Sequence record: NC_070958.1
Length of the DNA stretch: 64,000 bases
Strand: one strand, 5' to 3'
Under the pieces are notes generated by a model, which ran no database searches, was not told the origin of the DNA, and saw only the letters and a program-made list of their open reading frames with translations. This document shows positions 19,170 through 30,200 of this stretch, one piece after another. Position 1 is the stretch's first letter. Every line of letters begins with the position of its first letter. A program made the translations under genes and the position numbers.

Positions 19170-19700
19170 TTAGAAAGTGGCTTCGATTTCAGAGATGTCT
19201 ATTTCTTGGACACCTTGGTCGATTTCTCCTTCTTTGATGCGTTCATCGAAAGAGAGTTCCTTGATAGGTTTCAAGGGATCGAGAATCATTGCCCGGTCAC
19301 CATAGTTCGGAAGCACCAGTTTACCAGCAGCGACTTCGTTGAGCGCGTTAACGAAAGTTGCAAAGTTGGCACGGTTGTCCTCGGCTTCTTTCTCTTTGGC
19401 TCGTTCTTTCCGCTCATCCCGAATAGTCTTCTCCAAGAGACCGGTCAGAGTGTTGATAGAGTCAAGCAGCTTACAGTTACTCGGCTTACTGATGTAGGTT
19501 TCCATTGCCACGTCGAGAAGCAATGCACGTTGCTTGGTGAGCATACTGACAAGCTCTGATTCGGCTTGACGCTTATCGTCGGTCTTATTCAATATGCGGT
19601 TGATCTCAGCGATAAATTCATCTTTCTTCTTAATGGACTTATCAGCTTTGGTACCCTCTACTGGCTGAGGGAGAATTCCTGAATCTTCTTCGTCGTACAT
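19170..19700 (-). CDS. Hypothetical coiled-coil protein
   Basis: Start MYDEED at 19700 with RBS GGAG is preferred to 19775. Confidence 0.75.
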   Translation of the reverse strand: MYDEEDSGILPQPVEGTKADKSIKKKDEFIAEINRILNKTDDKRQAESELVSMLTKQRALLLDVAMETYISKPSNCKLLDSINTLTGLLEKTIRDERKERAKEKEAEDNRANFATFVNALNEVAAGKLVLPNYGDRAMILDPLKPIKELSFDERIKEGEIDQGVQEIDISEIEATF

Positions 19701-19804
19701 TGTATGCTCCAGAATGTCTAAAGTTTTAACTGTTCTAAACTTTTTCAAGCAGATATTATCATGTTGTAAGTGCATGAAGATATCTAAAATTAGATGAGGT
19801 AACC

Positions 19805-20353
19805 ATGTTTGAAAAGCTACTTATGCGGTTCTCTTTCTTCAGAAGGAGGGCTAAAAGAAAGTTAAGGACTACGTTAGCAGTCCTCACTGAAAAGATAAAC
19901 CAACAAGGTGCTTTCAACGATGATGACATAGTCACTATACACAACATCGTAAAAAGCCCTCTAATCTCGTATGACGAGAGTTTGGTGTTGGGTGCTGATG
20001 AGACTATACGTTTCTATTCGGTGACCTCTAACAAGGCTCTCGTTGCTCTTGAAAAGAGACCGGATGTACTGTCCCCCGCCAACCTTAATTACGATATCAC
20101 GGCCAATCCAAAAGAGCGGCCTTTCTACACTTGGTATTCAAACCAAGATAGCGTTCGACACTACGTGGATACTGTATCTGAGATGCTGGATGCCCACGTC
20201 GACACCATCGTTACCGAGATTGATATCAAAGGCACCTGGCGACCCACATTAACAGAAGAGGACCAAGAGTTCCACGATGGGTTACTTTATCGATTGTTCC
20301 TGTTAGACCTGTTGAACATCATCAACTTCTATATGGAACGGCAATCCGACTAA
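19805..20353 (+). CDS. Hypothetical protein
   Basis: 182 aa, RBS GAGG. Confidence 0.75.
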   Translation: MFEKLLMRFSFFRRRAKRKLRTTLAVLTEKINQQGAFNDDDIVTIHNIVKSPLISYDESLVLGADETIRFYSVTSNKALVALEKRPDVLSPANLNYDITANPKERPFYTWYSNQDSVRHYVDTVSEMLDAHVDTIVTEIDIKGTWRPTLTEEDQEFHDGLLYRLFLLDLLNIINFYMERQSD

Positions 20354-20365
20354 AGGTATAAAACA

Positions 20366-20788
20366 ATGGCAAAGAAACCAACCAATAAGACAGGCTTTGA
20401 GCGTAATAAGAATTTTGTGCCGGATGAACAACTGACCGATACCCCGGCTCGGTTATTCAGGAAGATCTCCAACGCCATGGGAATGAACCTCAGCAAGTGG
20501 ACATCCTACATGGGTGAATACTTGCGTTGGTTACACCCGGAAGACTCTGGAACACCACTGGAAGTCAAGAAGGCAAGATCGACCACTCTGGGTAACGCGC
20601 AAAGTGCTTACTACTACAGCAAGTCTCTCAGCTTTAATAAGCTGATTGCAGGAATGAAAATTCTTAAATTCAAGAAGGTCACTTTCACCATTACCGGCGA
20701 AACTGCAACCGGTGAAGTTATCACCGTGAGCGAGACTACGTTCCTTAATCGCGATACACCAACACCTGAAGACCCGTCCGAAGAGTAA
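20366..20788 (+). CDS. Conserved hypothetical basic protein
   Basis: 140 aa, RBS AAGG; helical basic core typical of a phiKZ-family small protein. Confidence 0.7.
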   Translation: MAKKPTNKTGFERNKNFVPDEQLTDTPARLFRKISNAMGMNLSKWTSYMGEYLRWLHPEDSGTPLEVKKARSTTLGNAQSAYYYSKSLSFNKLIAGMKILKFKKVTFTITGETATGEVITVSETTFLNRDTPTPEDPSEE

Positions 20789-20797
20789 CGCGGTCAT

Positions 20798-20829
20798 CTG
20801 TTACCCCTACCATGTGGTAGGGGTAACAG
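20798..20829 (+). terminator. Terminator-like hairpin
   Basis: CTGTTACCCCTACC-ATGT-GGTAGGGGTAACAG, perfect 14-bp stem. Confidence 0.8.
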
Positions 20830-20870
20830 TCAACTTATCCAATTTCTTTTTTGTCTAAATAGAGGTCGTA

Positions 20871-23066
20871 ATGGCTAATAAAGTTAGCACGCAAGACAAG
20901 AACCTTGTGACGAGGTCCTTTCGTCTTTTGAGTGACGGCGTTGCAAACCCGACCGATGAGTATATAAACACAGACTACGATCTGTACACCAGTTTCTTCT
21001 CAACGGCGATCGGGGATAACAAGTACATCAACCCGCTACCAGGATATGGATTCAACACGGATCCCTATCCAGAACCCATCATGGAAAACCGATACGGTAA
21101 CATGGGTCGTTTCTACAAACGCATCCATCACGACAATGCAGAAATGGTAACACTCACTGCCTGTGTCCCTGAGTTTACAGGTATCCTTCCATTCCTTATG
21201 AATATGTTTGACTATAGCGCCGCCGTTATGGTTAACAAAGGTCGTGCTCCTGGTTGGGCGTTCTATATAGGTCAAGCCGCCGGTGCGATTGCGTTCTTCC
21301 CTGCACAGATCGTAGCCGCCAGTTGGAACTTCTTCGAGTACCTCACTCAACAACCGAAGAACCAATGGTACTACGGCAAAGCTGCGATGGGTCAGTACTT
21401 GACAGCAGCTCAAGGTATGTTCAACGACCTGATGGTTGCTGCTGGATATACATTGACTGTTCTTCCCCAAGGTTCCCAGGTAATGGATACCAAGTTGGGT
21501 GATCGACAATCAAACGGCCTCAAAGGTTATCGGACGCACAGTGACCAAGCAAAGAGTAACTACAGTTACCTAAACTCCATGTTCCCTGATGCGATTAACC
21601 AAGACGGAACTGTGGACATCACAAGGGTCGCGTTACGTGGTGTGAGGAAATATCGCTATTTCCTTAACAAGGTTAAGTCGTTGGATGAAGGCTCTCGTTT
21701 CCGCAGTGTCGGGGAGAAAGACCTCGCTATTGAACGTATTCTGAATGGTCTTATTAAAGACGGTAACTTCATGAATGGTTCTGTTGGGCCGGCGGGGAAA
21801 ATAGGGACTTACGAGATACTCACCAAGGAACTCGGGTCAGTAGGTGCGTCACGGGGTTCTGATGAGATATCCTACCCTGAAGTTGCATCTGCTTATACCA
21901 ACCCCAGCGCTTATGCCGAGATTCTTCCTGCCGACATGGACACAGGTCAAGCAAGTGGTTTTGATAGTGTCCGTGCCAAGGTGGAAGGTCAGGTGTCTGC
22001 CGAACGCGAAGAACGTTTCGGAATCAACCAAGGTAACTCCGGTGCGGCTGATGGTGCCACGTCACCACAACTGCAAGGAACAGAGGCGTTCTTTAATGAC
22101 ACCAATAATCTTTCTGAAGATTCGTGGCTGACACAAGTTGGTTCCTTGTTGATGGATCACCTTTACGGTGGTACTGACGGGATCACGTTTAGGACAGAAG
22201 GGACAGGGGCTGTTAGTGATTCATTCTCTAACGCTTCTCAACAATCTGCTATTGCTAGCAGCTTCAACAACACAGTACAAGCTGTCCAAGACTTCAAGTT
22301 CAACATGGGTGGTGGTGTTACTGGTATCGAGTTCATTGACAAGGCGATGGAGATCGTTAAAGACTCTGTAACTGGTCTGATGGCTGGTAGTGTGGTTGGT
22401 AACCTCCCGTTGGCATTGTTGGGTAACTCCAGGGTTATCATTCCAGAACACTGGCAGGATTCAACTACCAGTCTTCACAGTGAAACGATCAACCTGTATT
22501 TCCAGGCTCCTTACGCACATCCTTATTCGATCGCCACAAACGTATTCCTTCCAGTAGCGTTGATCATGCCGTTCTTTGTTCCATTCAGTACAGGTGGTGC
22601 GATGTATGGCTCTCCGTTCATGGTTAAGAGCTTTGCTCGTGGGAAAGGAATCATTCGTTCTGGTATGGTTCGTAACGCATCCATGACTTGGGGTGAAGGT
22701 CCGTTGGGTTGGACTACGGATAAGAAACCGTTGAACTGTCGAATCACTCTGGATTTGGTTGACTTCGATCCGATTCTTTCCGTTCCGGTTACTCGCGTCA
22801 CTAACCCACTTGACTTGGTTAACATCGCTAAGCAATCTTCCCGTTATCTTGGTGACATCGGTAAGTACAACGACTGGGTGAACCGGGTTGCTGGCCTGGA
22901 CTATATCGACACTGTTCTTCGTTATAACGACATGAACCGTCGACTCACTCGTTTCACCAATGACGTTGAAACCATGTTCTCCCCTGCCAACGTAGCAAAC
23001 ATTGTCAACGACTCCATTATCGGTGACGTTTCCCGTTTGTTTGTTGGTCGTCCTATGAACCGTTAA
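20871..23066 (+). CDS. Virion tail/baseplate structural protein (phiKZ gp182-like)
   Basis: 731 aa; located next to the tape-measure gene; C-terminal hub-like GMVRNASMTWGEG...RITLDLVD. Confidence 0.6.
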   Translation: MANKVSTQDKNLVTRSFRLLSDGVANPTDEYINTDYDLYTSFFSTAIGDNKYINPLPGYGFNTDPYPEPIMENRYGNMGRFYKRIHHDNAEMVTLTACVPEFTGILPFLMNMFDYSAAVMVNKGRAPGWAFYIGQAAGAIAFFPAQIVAASWNFFEYLTQQPKNQWYYGKAAMGQYLTAAQGMFNDLMVAAGYTLTVLPQGSQVMDTKLGDRQSNGLKGYRTHSDQAKSNYSYLNSMFPDAINQDGTVDITRVALRGVRKYRYFLNKVKSLDEGSRFRSVGEKDLAIERILNGLIKDGNFMNGSVGPAGKIGTYEILTKELGSVGASRGSDEISYPEVASAYTNPSAYAEILPADMDTGQASGFDSVRAKVEGQVSAEREERFGINQGNSGAADGATSPQLQGTEAFFNDTNNLSEDSWLTQVGSLLMDHLYGGTDGITFRTEGTGAVSDSFSNASQQSAIASSFNNTVQAVQDFKFNMGGGVTGIEFIDKAMEIVKDSVTGLMAGSVVGNLPLALLGNSRVIIPEHWQDSTTSLHSETINLYFQAPYAHPYSIATNVFLPVALIMPFFVPFSTGGAMYGSPFMVKSFARGKGIIRSGMVRNASMTWGEGPLGWTTDKKPLNCRITLDLVDFDPILSVPVTRVTNPLDLVNIAKQSSRYLGDIGKYNDWVNRVAGLDYIDTVLRYNDMNRRLTRFTNDVETMFSPANVANIVNDSIIGDVSRLFVGRPMNR

Positions 23067-23076
23067 GGAGTAAGAA

Positions 23077-24195
23077 ATGGGATTATTAGGTCGCAGCTCT
23101 ACCTTTAACGGGGTGGATGTAGACAACCCTATCAAGAAGGCGTCTCAATCGATCGCTGACGCAATCTCTGGCTTTGGTGATCAACTTGTCAACCCCATGA
23201 CTAACGTCTCTCAGGCGGAGACTGGTGTCGCTCTGGTTGATGAGAATAGCAGTTCCGTTAACGCATCGCTGACCAACTATAAATCCTTCACACTAGAAGG
23301 GATTATGGCCCGGTCACGTGATCTCGTTGGTGGGATACTGAACAACCCTGACTTGGGTCGGGTGTTGACCTGGGAAGATGGGTTCAATGTCGATACTGAC
23401 GAGCTGTTCCGTATCGCCGCTCAGGGTCTTGGTTTCTCACTCAATGGCATGGGTGATATCAAACGCAGTATTGGTGATAGCTTCCTCGAAAGCTTGAACG
23501 ATATGACTGGCGGTTTGAGTAGCGGTCTCTATTTTGATGACCAAATGAAACTCAAGATCGGTGACGGTTGGCAGATGGATGTTGCTGATGAGTTCCTGGG
23601 TTTCGTCAGCAAAATGGATAGTGACTTTGGAAAGGTCCTGAACCTTGCTGGTGTTAATGCGGTACTGAACACAATGGTGAATCAGGCCGCTATGAACAGC
23701 ATGTATCAGACCTACGATTCATTCGCTGATCAATACCTGTTCTACAGTGACTATGTTGATGCACTGATCAACTCCCTGGAGTTCATTCTTGGTCGTGGCG
23801 ACCTCGAGTCCATGAACAAGATCTTCGAGATCATCGAGGAAGAAGGAATCCAGAAGGTAAGGGCGCAATACCCTGACTTTATCGAACGTGCACTTGCTAA
23901 CTTCTACTTCACCAGTGATGTTTATCCTGAGGACTATGAAGAAATGGCAATCATGCTGGATAAAGTCCTTGTCCTGTATGGCGGAGAAGATTGGTTCTAT
24001 TCTCATACCGAGTTTGGTAAATTGGTTAACCTTGCCGTTGTTTCTAACATCAGTGAAGACGCTAAATTACTTCTTGGTGATTTTGAGAAATACCATGTGC
24101 TGTTACTCGGCGCAGGGATTTACCAAGATGAAAGTGCGTACGACGTATTCCTTCGTCAGATTCCCAACGCTATCGACTTCCAAATGAGAACATAA
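23077..24195 (+). CDS. Probable virion structural protein
   Basis: 372 aa, RBS AAGGAG, acidic, in the tail module. Confidence 0.55.
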   Translation: MGLLGRSSTFNGVDVDNPIKKASQSIADAISGFGDQLVNPMTNVSQAETGVALVDENSSSVNASLTNYKSFTLEGIMARSRDLVGGILNNPDLGRVLTWEDGFNVDTDELFRIAAQGLGFSLNGMGDIKRSIGDSFLESLNDMTGGLSSGLYFDDQMKLKIGDGWQMDVADEFLGFVSKMDSDFGKVLNLAGVNAVLNTMVNQAAMNSMYQTYDSFADQYLFYSDYVDALINSLEFILGRGDLESMNKIFEIIEEEGIQKVRAQYPDFIERALANFYFTSDVYPEDYEEMAIMLDKVLVLYGGEDWFYSHTEFGKLVNLAVVSNISEDAKLLLGDFEKYHVLLLGAGIYQDESAYDVFLRQIPNAIDFQMRT

Positions 24196-24203
24196 ACATA
24201 AGG

Positions 24204-24234
24204 CCCCTACCCCATCCTTTCGGAGGGGTAGGGG
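24204..24234. terminator. Bidirectional terminator, 30/31 identical to 6239-6269
   Basis: CCCCTACCCCATCCTTTCGGAGGGGTAGGGG. Confidence 0.85.
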
Positions 24235-24243
24235 TTTATTATC

Positions 24244-27200
24244 TTAACCTAATCCAACGGTGTTCGGTCGACCACCTTTACCTTGGCTGGCCATCAGGTC
24301 ATTCAACCTACCAAGCTGACTGATGATCCCACTCAACAATTGCTGAGCTCCTTCATCACTGACTGCTTGTGTTCCCGTGCCAGTCTGTTTGGGAGCTGGT
24401 TTGGGGGCTGGACCAACACTAGAAACAGTGGTGGGACCTGCCGGTTGACTTACTGGTGCCGGAGCACTCGGTTTGGGAGCCGGAGCCTGAACTGGTGCCG
24501 GACTCGGAACTGGGTTAGTAACAGCGGCGGTTGGTGCCGCACTAGGAGATACCGGCGGAGACGCTGTCGCAGCTTTCTGTTGATTAACGCTGCTCTTATC
24601 CAAGAGCTCATCGACTTCCTGCTTATGAGTCTTCTTGGTAGATGCGACTTTCTCTTCAGCGGCCTTGGGGACATTCTGATCGGCAGCGTTAGGAACATCC
24701 GCTATCTTATCTTCACCGCCAGAGGTCGGTGCAAAGTCGGAGGTCTTTGTCGGACCCGCTGCTTTGATTTGACCGTTCTGGAGTTTAGCAAGATATTCGG
24801 TATATGCCTTACGACGTTCGTCAGTAAATGGAACAGAGTTACCACCGTTGATGCCACGAACAGCACTATCGAAGTCACCAGTCGTCGCAATGGACTTGAT
24901 CGCTTTATTACCCAGAAGGTAACGAACAGCGGAGTCTGCTACAACGTTAGGATCTTCAGATACCAGTCGTGGGTTACTTACGACGTCTATCCCTGTCTCA
25001 CGCTTGTACTTTTCGTAGTTGGCTTTACCAGTGAGCTGGAACAAACCACGACCACGATACAACCAACCATCCTCAGGCTTCTCGTTACCGAGTGTGGGAC
25101 CTTTGGGCGCTCTACCATACACATACATCGCACGTTGTTCTGGTGGCATTGCTGCTACCTTTTCCGCTGTAGCCATGTCTGGTATGTTCCTGAAATACTT
25201 CTTCAGGGTTGGTGCAGACCAGTTGGTGTTTTCTACCGTGGACTTGTAGTTCCCCGTTTCAACCTTGGCAAGTGCCAGAGCGAGAGCAATCTGCTTGTTG
25301 TCTGTGATACCAGCACGGAGCAGACCTTGAAGGAGGAGTTGTTCACCCTGTTCCGGAGTCATGGAGAGACCTTGGTCATCACCTGCCTTCAGAGTGGGAT
25401 CCATTTCCCAACCTTCACTGAACCCACCACTATACTGACCACCGCTACCAGCACCTACTGTCCCTGGGGTAGTTCCCATTCCACCAGGAGGGAAGGCATT
25501 AGCAAAGCCATTGCTTGCGTAGTTGTTTCCACCGAAAGTCCCACCTTGCTTACCGGCTTGTTCCCTGCGTTTCATACGCATGGCAGTCAGTTCGGCAATA
25601 CGGGCCTGTTCAGCTTGTTTCCTGGTTTCGGACCTATCTTGGAGTTGCTCACCGATTGCTTTAGAAGCGGCCTCCTCCATTACCGGGTCGCGCAGCGCTG
25701 CTTTCATTGCATCGCTGTTAAGCGACTTAATGTAAGTATCAGCCCTATCGCTGTCGGTACCGGATTGAGCACCTTCGAACGGACTCGCTTTCACGTTCCA
25801 GACAGAAGTCTCTTCACCATCAACCATTACCATGATCTCTGACAGCACTTTAGCTATTTCGGCTTTGTTGCTATTAGAGAGCTGACGCCAACCTTGTTTC
25901 GGAGATGACCCACGTTGTTTGTAAACCAGTGCGTAGTACTTCTGGAGTACAGGGAGGAAACGTGATTCGAACCAAGCCTTCCAGTTCGCCATCATCAGTT
26001 CTGTTTTGATCCTGAACATCGGCTTGAAGAGAGCCAGTACAGACTCCAGTGGGATTTCGAGTTTCCCCAGCCCATTGGAAAGAACCATGTTCTCTTCGCA
26101 ATAACGTTCAAGTTTCAGAACTGCATCTACACGCCAGTTGATATTGGCATCGTTACCGTACACGGCAAGACGAGCAAGCGTGAATGGTTCGATTTCTGTG
26201 TCTCCATCTTTGTGGAGGTCAGATATGTCGATGTCCTTAATTTCCGCTGTGACAGCGAAGGTTTTGTCGATGTGCTCTTGTGACCTGATTAACGACTCGT
26301 TACCGAACTTATTCTGGAACCAAGCGACGACCTTATTGTCCGATACTTCCGGATTCAGGTTGGCTTGACGTTGCTCATCATAAGTCCTCAACTTGAGACC
26401 GTCTGCCTTCTTCTCGGCTGGATAAGCTTTACGAAGTTCATTCATCAAATCAGCGACTTCGCCAGTGGTAGCAATTCTTGACATCGTCCCAGTATCTTGG
26501 TCAATCGGGACGTCGATAGTGTAAGGATTGGTCGACATGTGGCCAACGGCTTCCTGTACACGCTCTGCGACAAGAACTACTTCATGGGTCTGACCGGCAT
26601 CGTACTCTTGAAGATCGCCAAACCTTGCAGCGTTAGCCGCGGCAACGAAAGTCAAGAAGATGGGCTTGAACCGTGCCTGGAACCAAGTGTTGATATTGTC
26701 ACGTGGAACCGGAGCCGAGTTCTCAACGAACTGTCTGAAGACTTCAGCGACCGCCTCGGGTTTACTGAAACCTGCCGACCCACTACCCACATTAACATGC
26801 GGGAGCAACATCATCTCGAGACGTTGTACACGTTCTGCTAAATCACTCCGCCATTCACGAATACCGTACATCGCGAAACGAAGACGTTTCTGAATGGAGT
26901 TGGCCAGCAGAGTTGTCCGGTAAGTGGTGCCGTTGTACTTGTACCCTTCCGAGTTAGCCATATGCTGTTCGGCGTCACGACGGTCTGTGAACAACTGTCC
27001 ATCATCAGTCCAGTACACACCAGTGTTCTTGATACCGTCAATCCAACTCTTGGGCATTACTGCTTCAAGAACCGTGGTCCCGATACCGATCTGAGGAATC
27101 CAGTTTGCAGCATCCTCTATCTGATCAGCAGTGGTCACTGGACGTTTCTGGTTGAACATGTTCTCTTCAGTAGGTGTGGAAGAACTGTCGTCACCTGTCA

Positions 27201-30200
27201 ACAGGTTGTATGCTAGAGCACTACCACCAAGGAGTGCGCCAACACGACCCATCCCTTTATTGAGTTTACCCCCTCGTCCACCAGGACCGCCCATACCAAG
27301 CAGTCCGCCGATACCGCTACCGGCCATCCTGGCAATGGGACCTAACAGACCACCCAACATCTTTATACCTCCGCTAAGAAGTTTAAAGATGGGAGAGCCG
27401 ATACCCAACACACCAGAGAACAACGCACTTCCAATCGTCCCTAAACGTTTCACACTGGCAGCCATGGAACCGCCAACCATCCCGAGTAATGAACCCAGTG
27501 GGTTCTTGAAGAATCCGCCGATGGAACCCATCATGTCGTAGAGCTTGCCAAAGAGACCAGGTTTCTTACCCTTCTCTTCACCTTCCCCTTTCTTCTTACT
27601 CTTACCGGTGAGTGTATCACCAATATCGATGATTGCTTTCTGGACTCGGTCAGATTGCGATGCTGCGGCCTGACGCGCTTTATCCTCAAGGGAGTTCTTA
27701 CGCATCGCCGGACCACCAGCGTCATCAAGTTCTTCGTCCTCAATCTCCATGCCAAACTTTTGGGAAAGGAGTTTGTAGATACGATCAAGACGACGCTCAA
27801 CCCCGTTCATGTTGGTACCACGACCACGAACCGCAGAGACGTGTGAGCTGGCTTGCTCGTTAGAACGCTCGAAACCAAGCTTACCCATCATGTTGGTAAA
27901 GAGTTGTTTACCCATACCGACAGCAGCACCAGCCATGTTAGAACCCATGGTTCCCACTTGTCTGATACGTTGGCCTGTACGAGTCACCAAACCTTCATCA
28001 AACTCGGCTTGGGAGATAAGTTCGTTACCTTCTTCATCGTAAACTGGACCAGAGATTTCGTTCCAACCCTTGACAGGTTTGAAAGTTCCGTTCTCATCTT
28101 TCCAGTATTCAACGTTCTTAAACCCTACTGCACGGAGACGGGGGTTCTGGAGATCACCTTTCACAAAGACGTCTTGTTGATAGATGATTTCTTTACCCAT
28201 GTCGATACCGGCGCGGAGTTTACCTATTGGGTTCACAAAGTTGTAGGCATTGACAATCATGCCCTTAGCGGTTTCGATCCCACGAAGCACTACAGCGCGA
28301 CCATCAGGACCGAAGATGCGCCCACCCAGTTCACGAACTGTGATGATTGCTTTGGATACCACGTCAATGACAGGACCTTTAATTTCACGGTACGTGTTAA
28401 TAACACGTTTAGTGATCGCGTCAATGTACTCACCAGCTTTGAGCTTTGCTGACTTCAGAATGCTTTCACCGTTTTCATCTACGATGTCTTCATCATCAGA
28501 AGGTTCGTTTGCACTGACATTTTCTTTACGATCCTTGTTACCCCAGTACTGAACGAGACCACCCAGAGCCAGTCCACCCACCGCCATAGATGCAGCGGCA
28601 ATAGGGTTAGATGCAAAGTTGGAGGCAATGCCACCAAGTACGCCACCCAACACTATCGGAGAGTTCTTGACCAGTAAGTCCATACCGCGACCGAACATAC
28701 CTTCCGGGAACAGACCTTTGATCTTACTCATCAGACCTTCTTTAGCCTGCTCTTCTTGGCGTTCCTCATTGGCGTTCTTTGGAGCACCTGAGAACAACTT
28801 GCCTTTATTAGCAAGATCCAGAAGTGAAGAAAGGATTGTTTCCATCCGCTGATTACTTTCTGCAATCTTGGATGTGTTGGAAACGATCTCTCCGGTCTGA
28901 GTGTCCATGTATGCCGTATCCGGCTTACCGGACTTGGAAGACATGTTGCTGCTAGCCAGCACGTCCAGTTTCTCTGTCAGTGTGTTGAGAGAACTGGAGA
29001 GACCAGCGAAGGAGGCACCTTCAGTACGCTTTCCATCATTGGTCGGAGCGGGGCGATCAGGAATGTGGAAACTGTTCCTGGTTTTCTTACCTTGAGTTTT
29101 GTCGCTGGGGTTCATCCCTCTGAGCGCTGGGTTGTTAGGATCGTCCATGAACATGCCGATACGTTCGTGGAATACTTCCATATCAACCTTGTCGATACCG
29201 TTCTCTGTATAGATCACACCAAGGTCACGAAGCAACTGTTCATTACCAGTGGCCCTGAGCATGTCGATACGTTCAGCGATATTCGGAGCGAGGTCTTTCA
29301 GGTTGGTTGCTGCGGACCCTGCTTTATTGAGACGCTCTTGATACCTGGAGTTCCGCATCTCTGTCATCACTTGCATCCGCTCGAAACCTGTGGTCTCGTT
29401 GAAGCGAGCAATGTCTTGATCACGCAGTCCAAAGTGACGACGTACCACCGCATGGATCTCGTCGAGCATCGGACCAGAGATACCAGGAATGTCCCCGATA
29501 TAGTAGAACGGGTTAAAGTTCTTCTCTCGGTCAACGTCTCTTGCGATCACCTTAGCAAATGCTTTACGGGCTCCCTGGGACAACGTCTTCTTGGGATCCA
29601 GGTCATCAACGAACTCAAGAGCAGCAGTCGCATACCGATCGAATTCAGCGGCGGGCATCAGGTCGGCTTGAACAGCGATCTGTTTGTTGGTTTCGTTCTG
29701 GAACTGACCACGCATGTAGTTGTAAGTAACCAACTCGGCATTACTGTCACCAGTTCTGATCATCTCCAACAGTTGGTTGGTACGAGAAATCAAACCAGGT
29801 ATTACTTCATTCAGTGTGACGTTGTTACCCTGAGTCCAGATACCAGCATCGACCAAATCACGTGGGTTACGTTTCTTGAGAGTGTACTGTGTACCTTTAG
29901 CCTGGTTCATCTCAGACATAAACGAGTTCATTGCGGCTTTAGCGCGGTTACTCGCGGCGTTCTGAATTGTCCACCTGGCTTTACTCATGGGTTGTTTGTC
30001 GGGAGGAAGACTGGCAACGTAGTCTTCGTAGTCAATGAACGGCATCTCGTCCATTGCTTGGTAGTCTTCAGCCATGAAGTTGATCAAGCCAACTCCGGCG
30101 TTAGACATGTACGAAGCTTTCGAACCTGTGTTGGAGAGTCGCTCCCATTGACGTCGCAATGCCTTTGCTTCAGCTGGGTTTTTCTTGGCAAGGCTTTCCA

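Noticed and set aside
24370-24570. Pro/Ala-rich quasi-repeats near the tape-measure C-terminus
   Set aside because: A low-complexity protein linker with no exact DNA repeat unit
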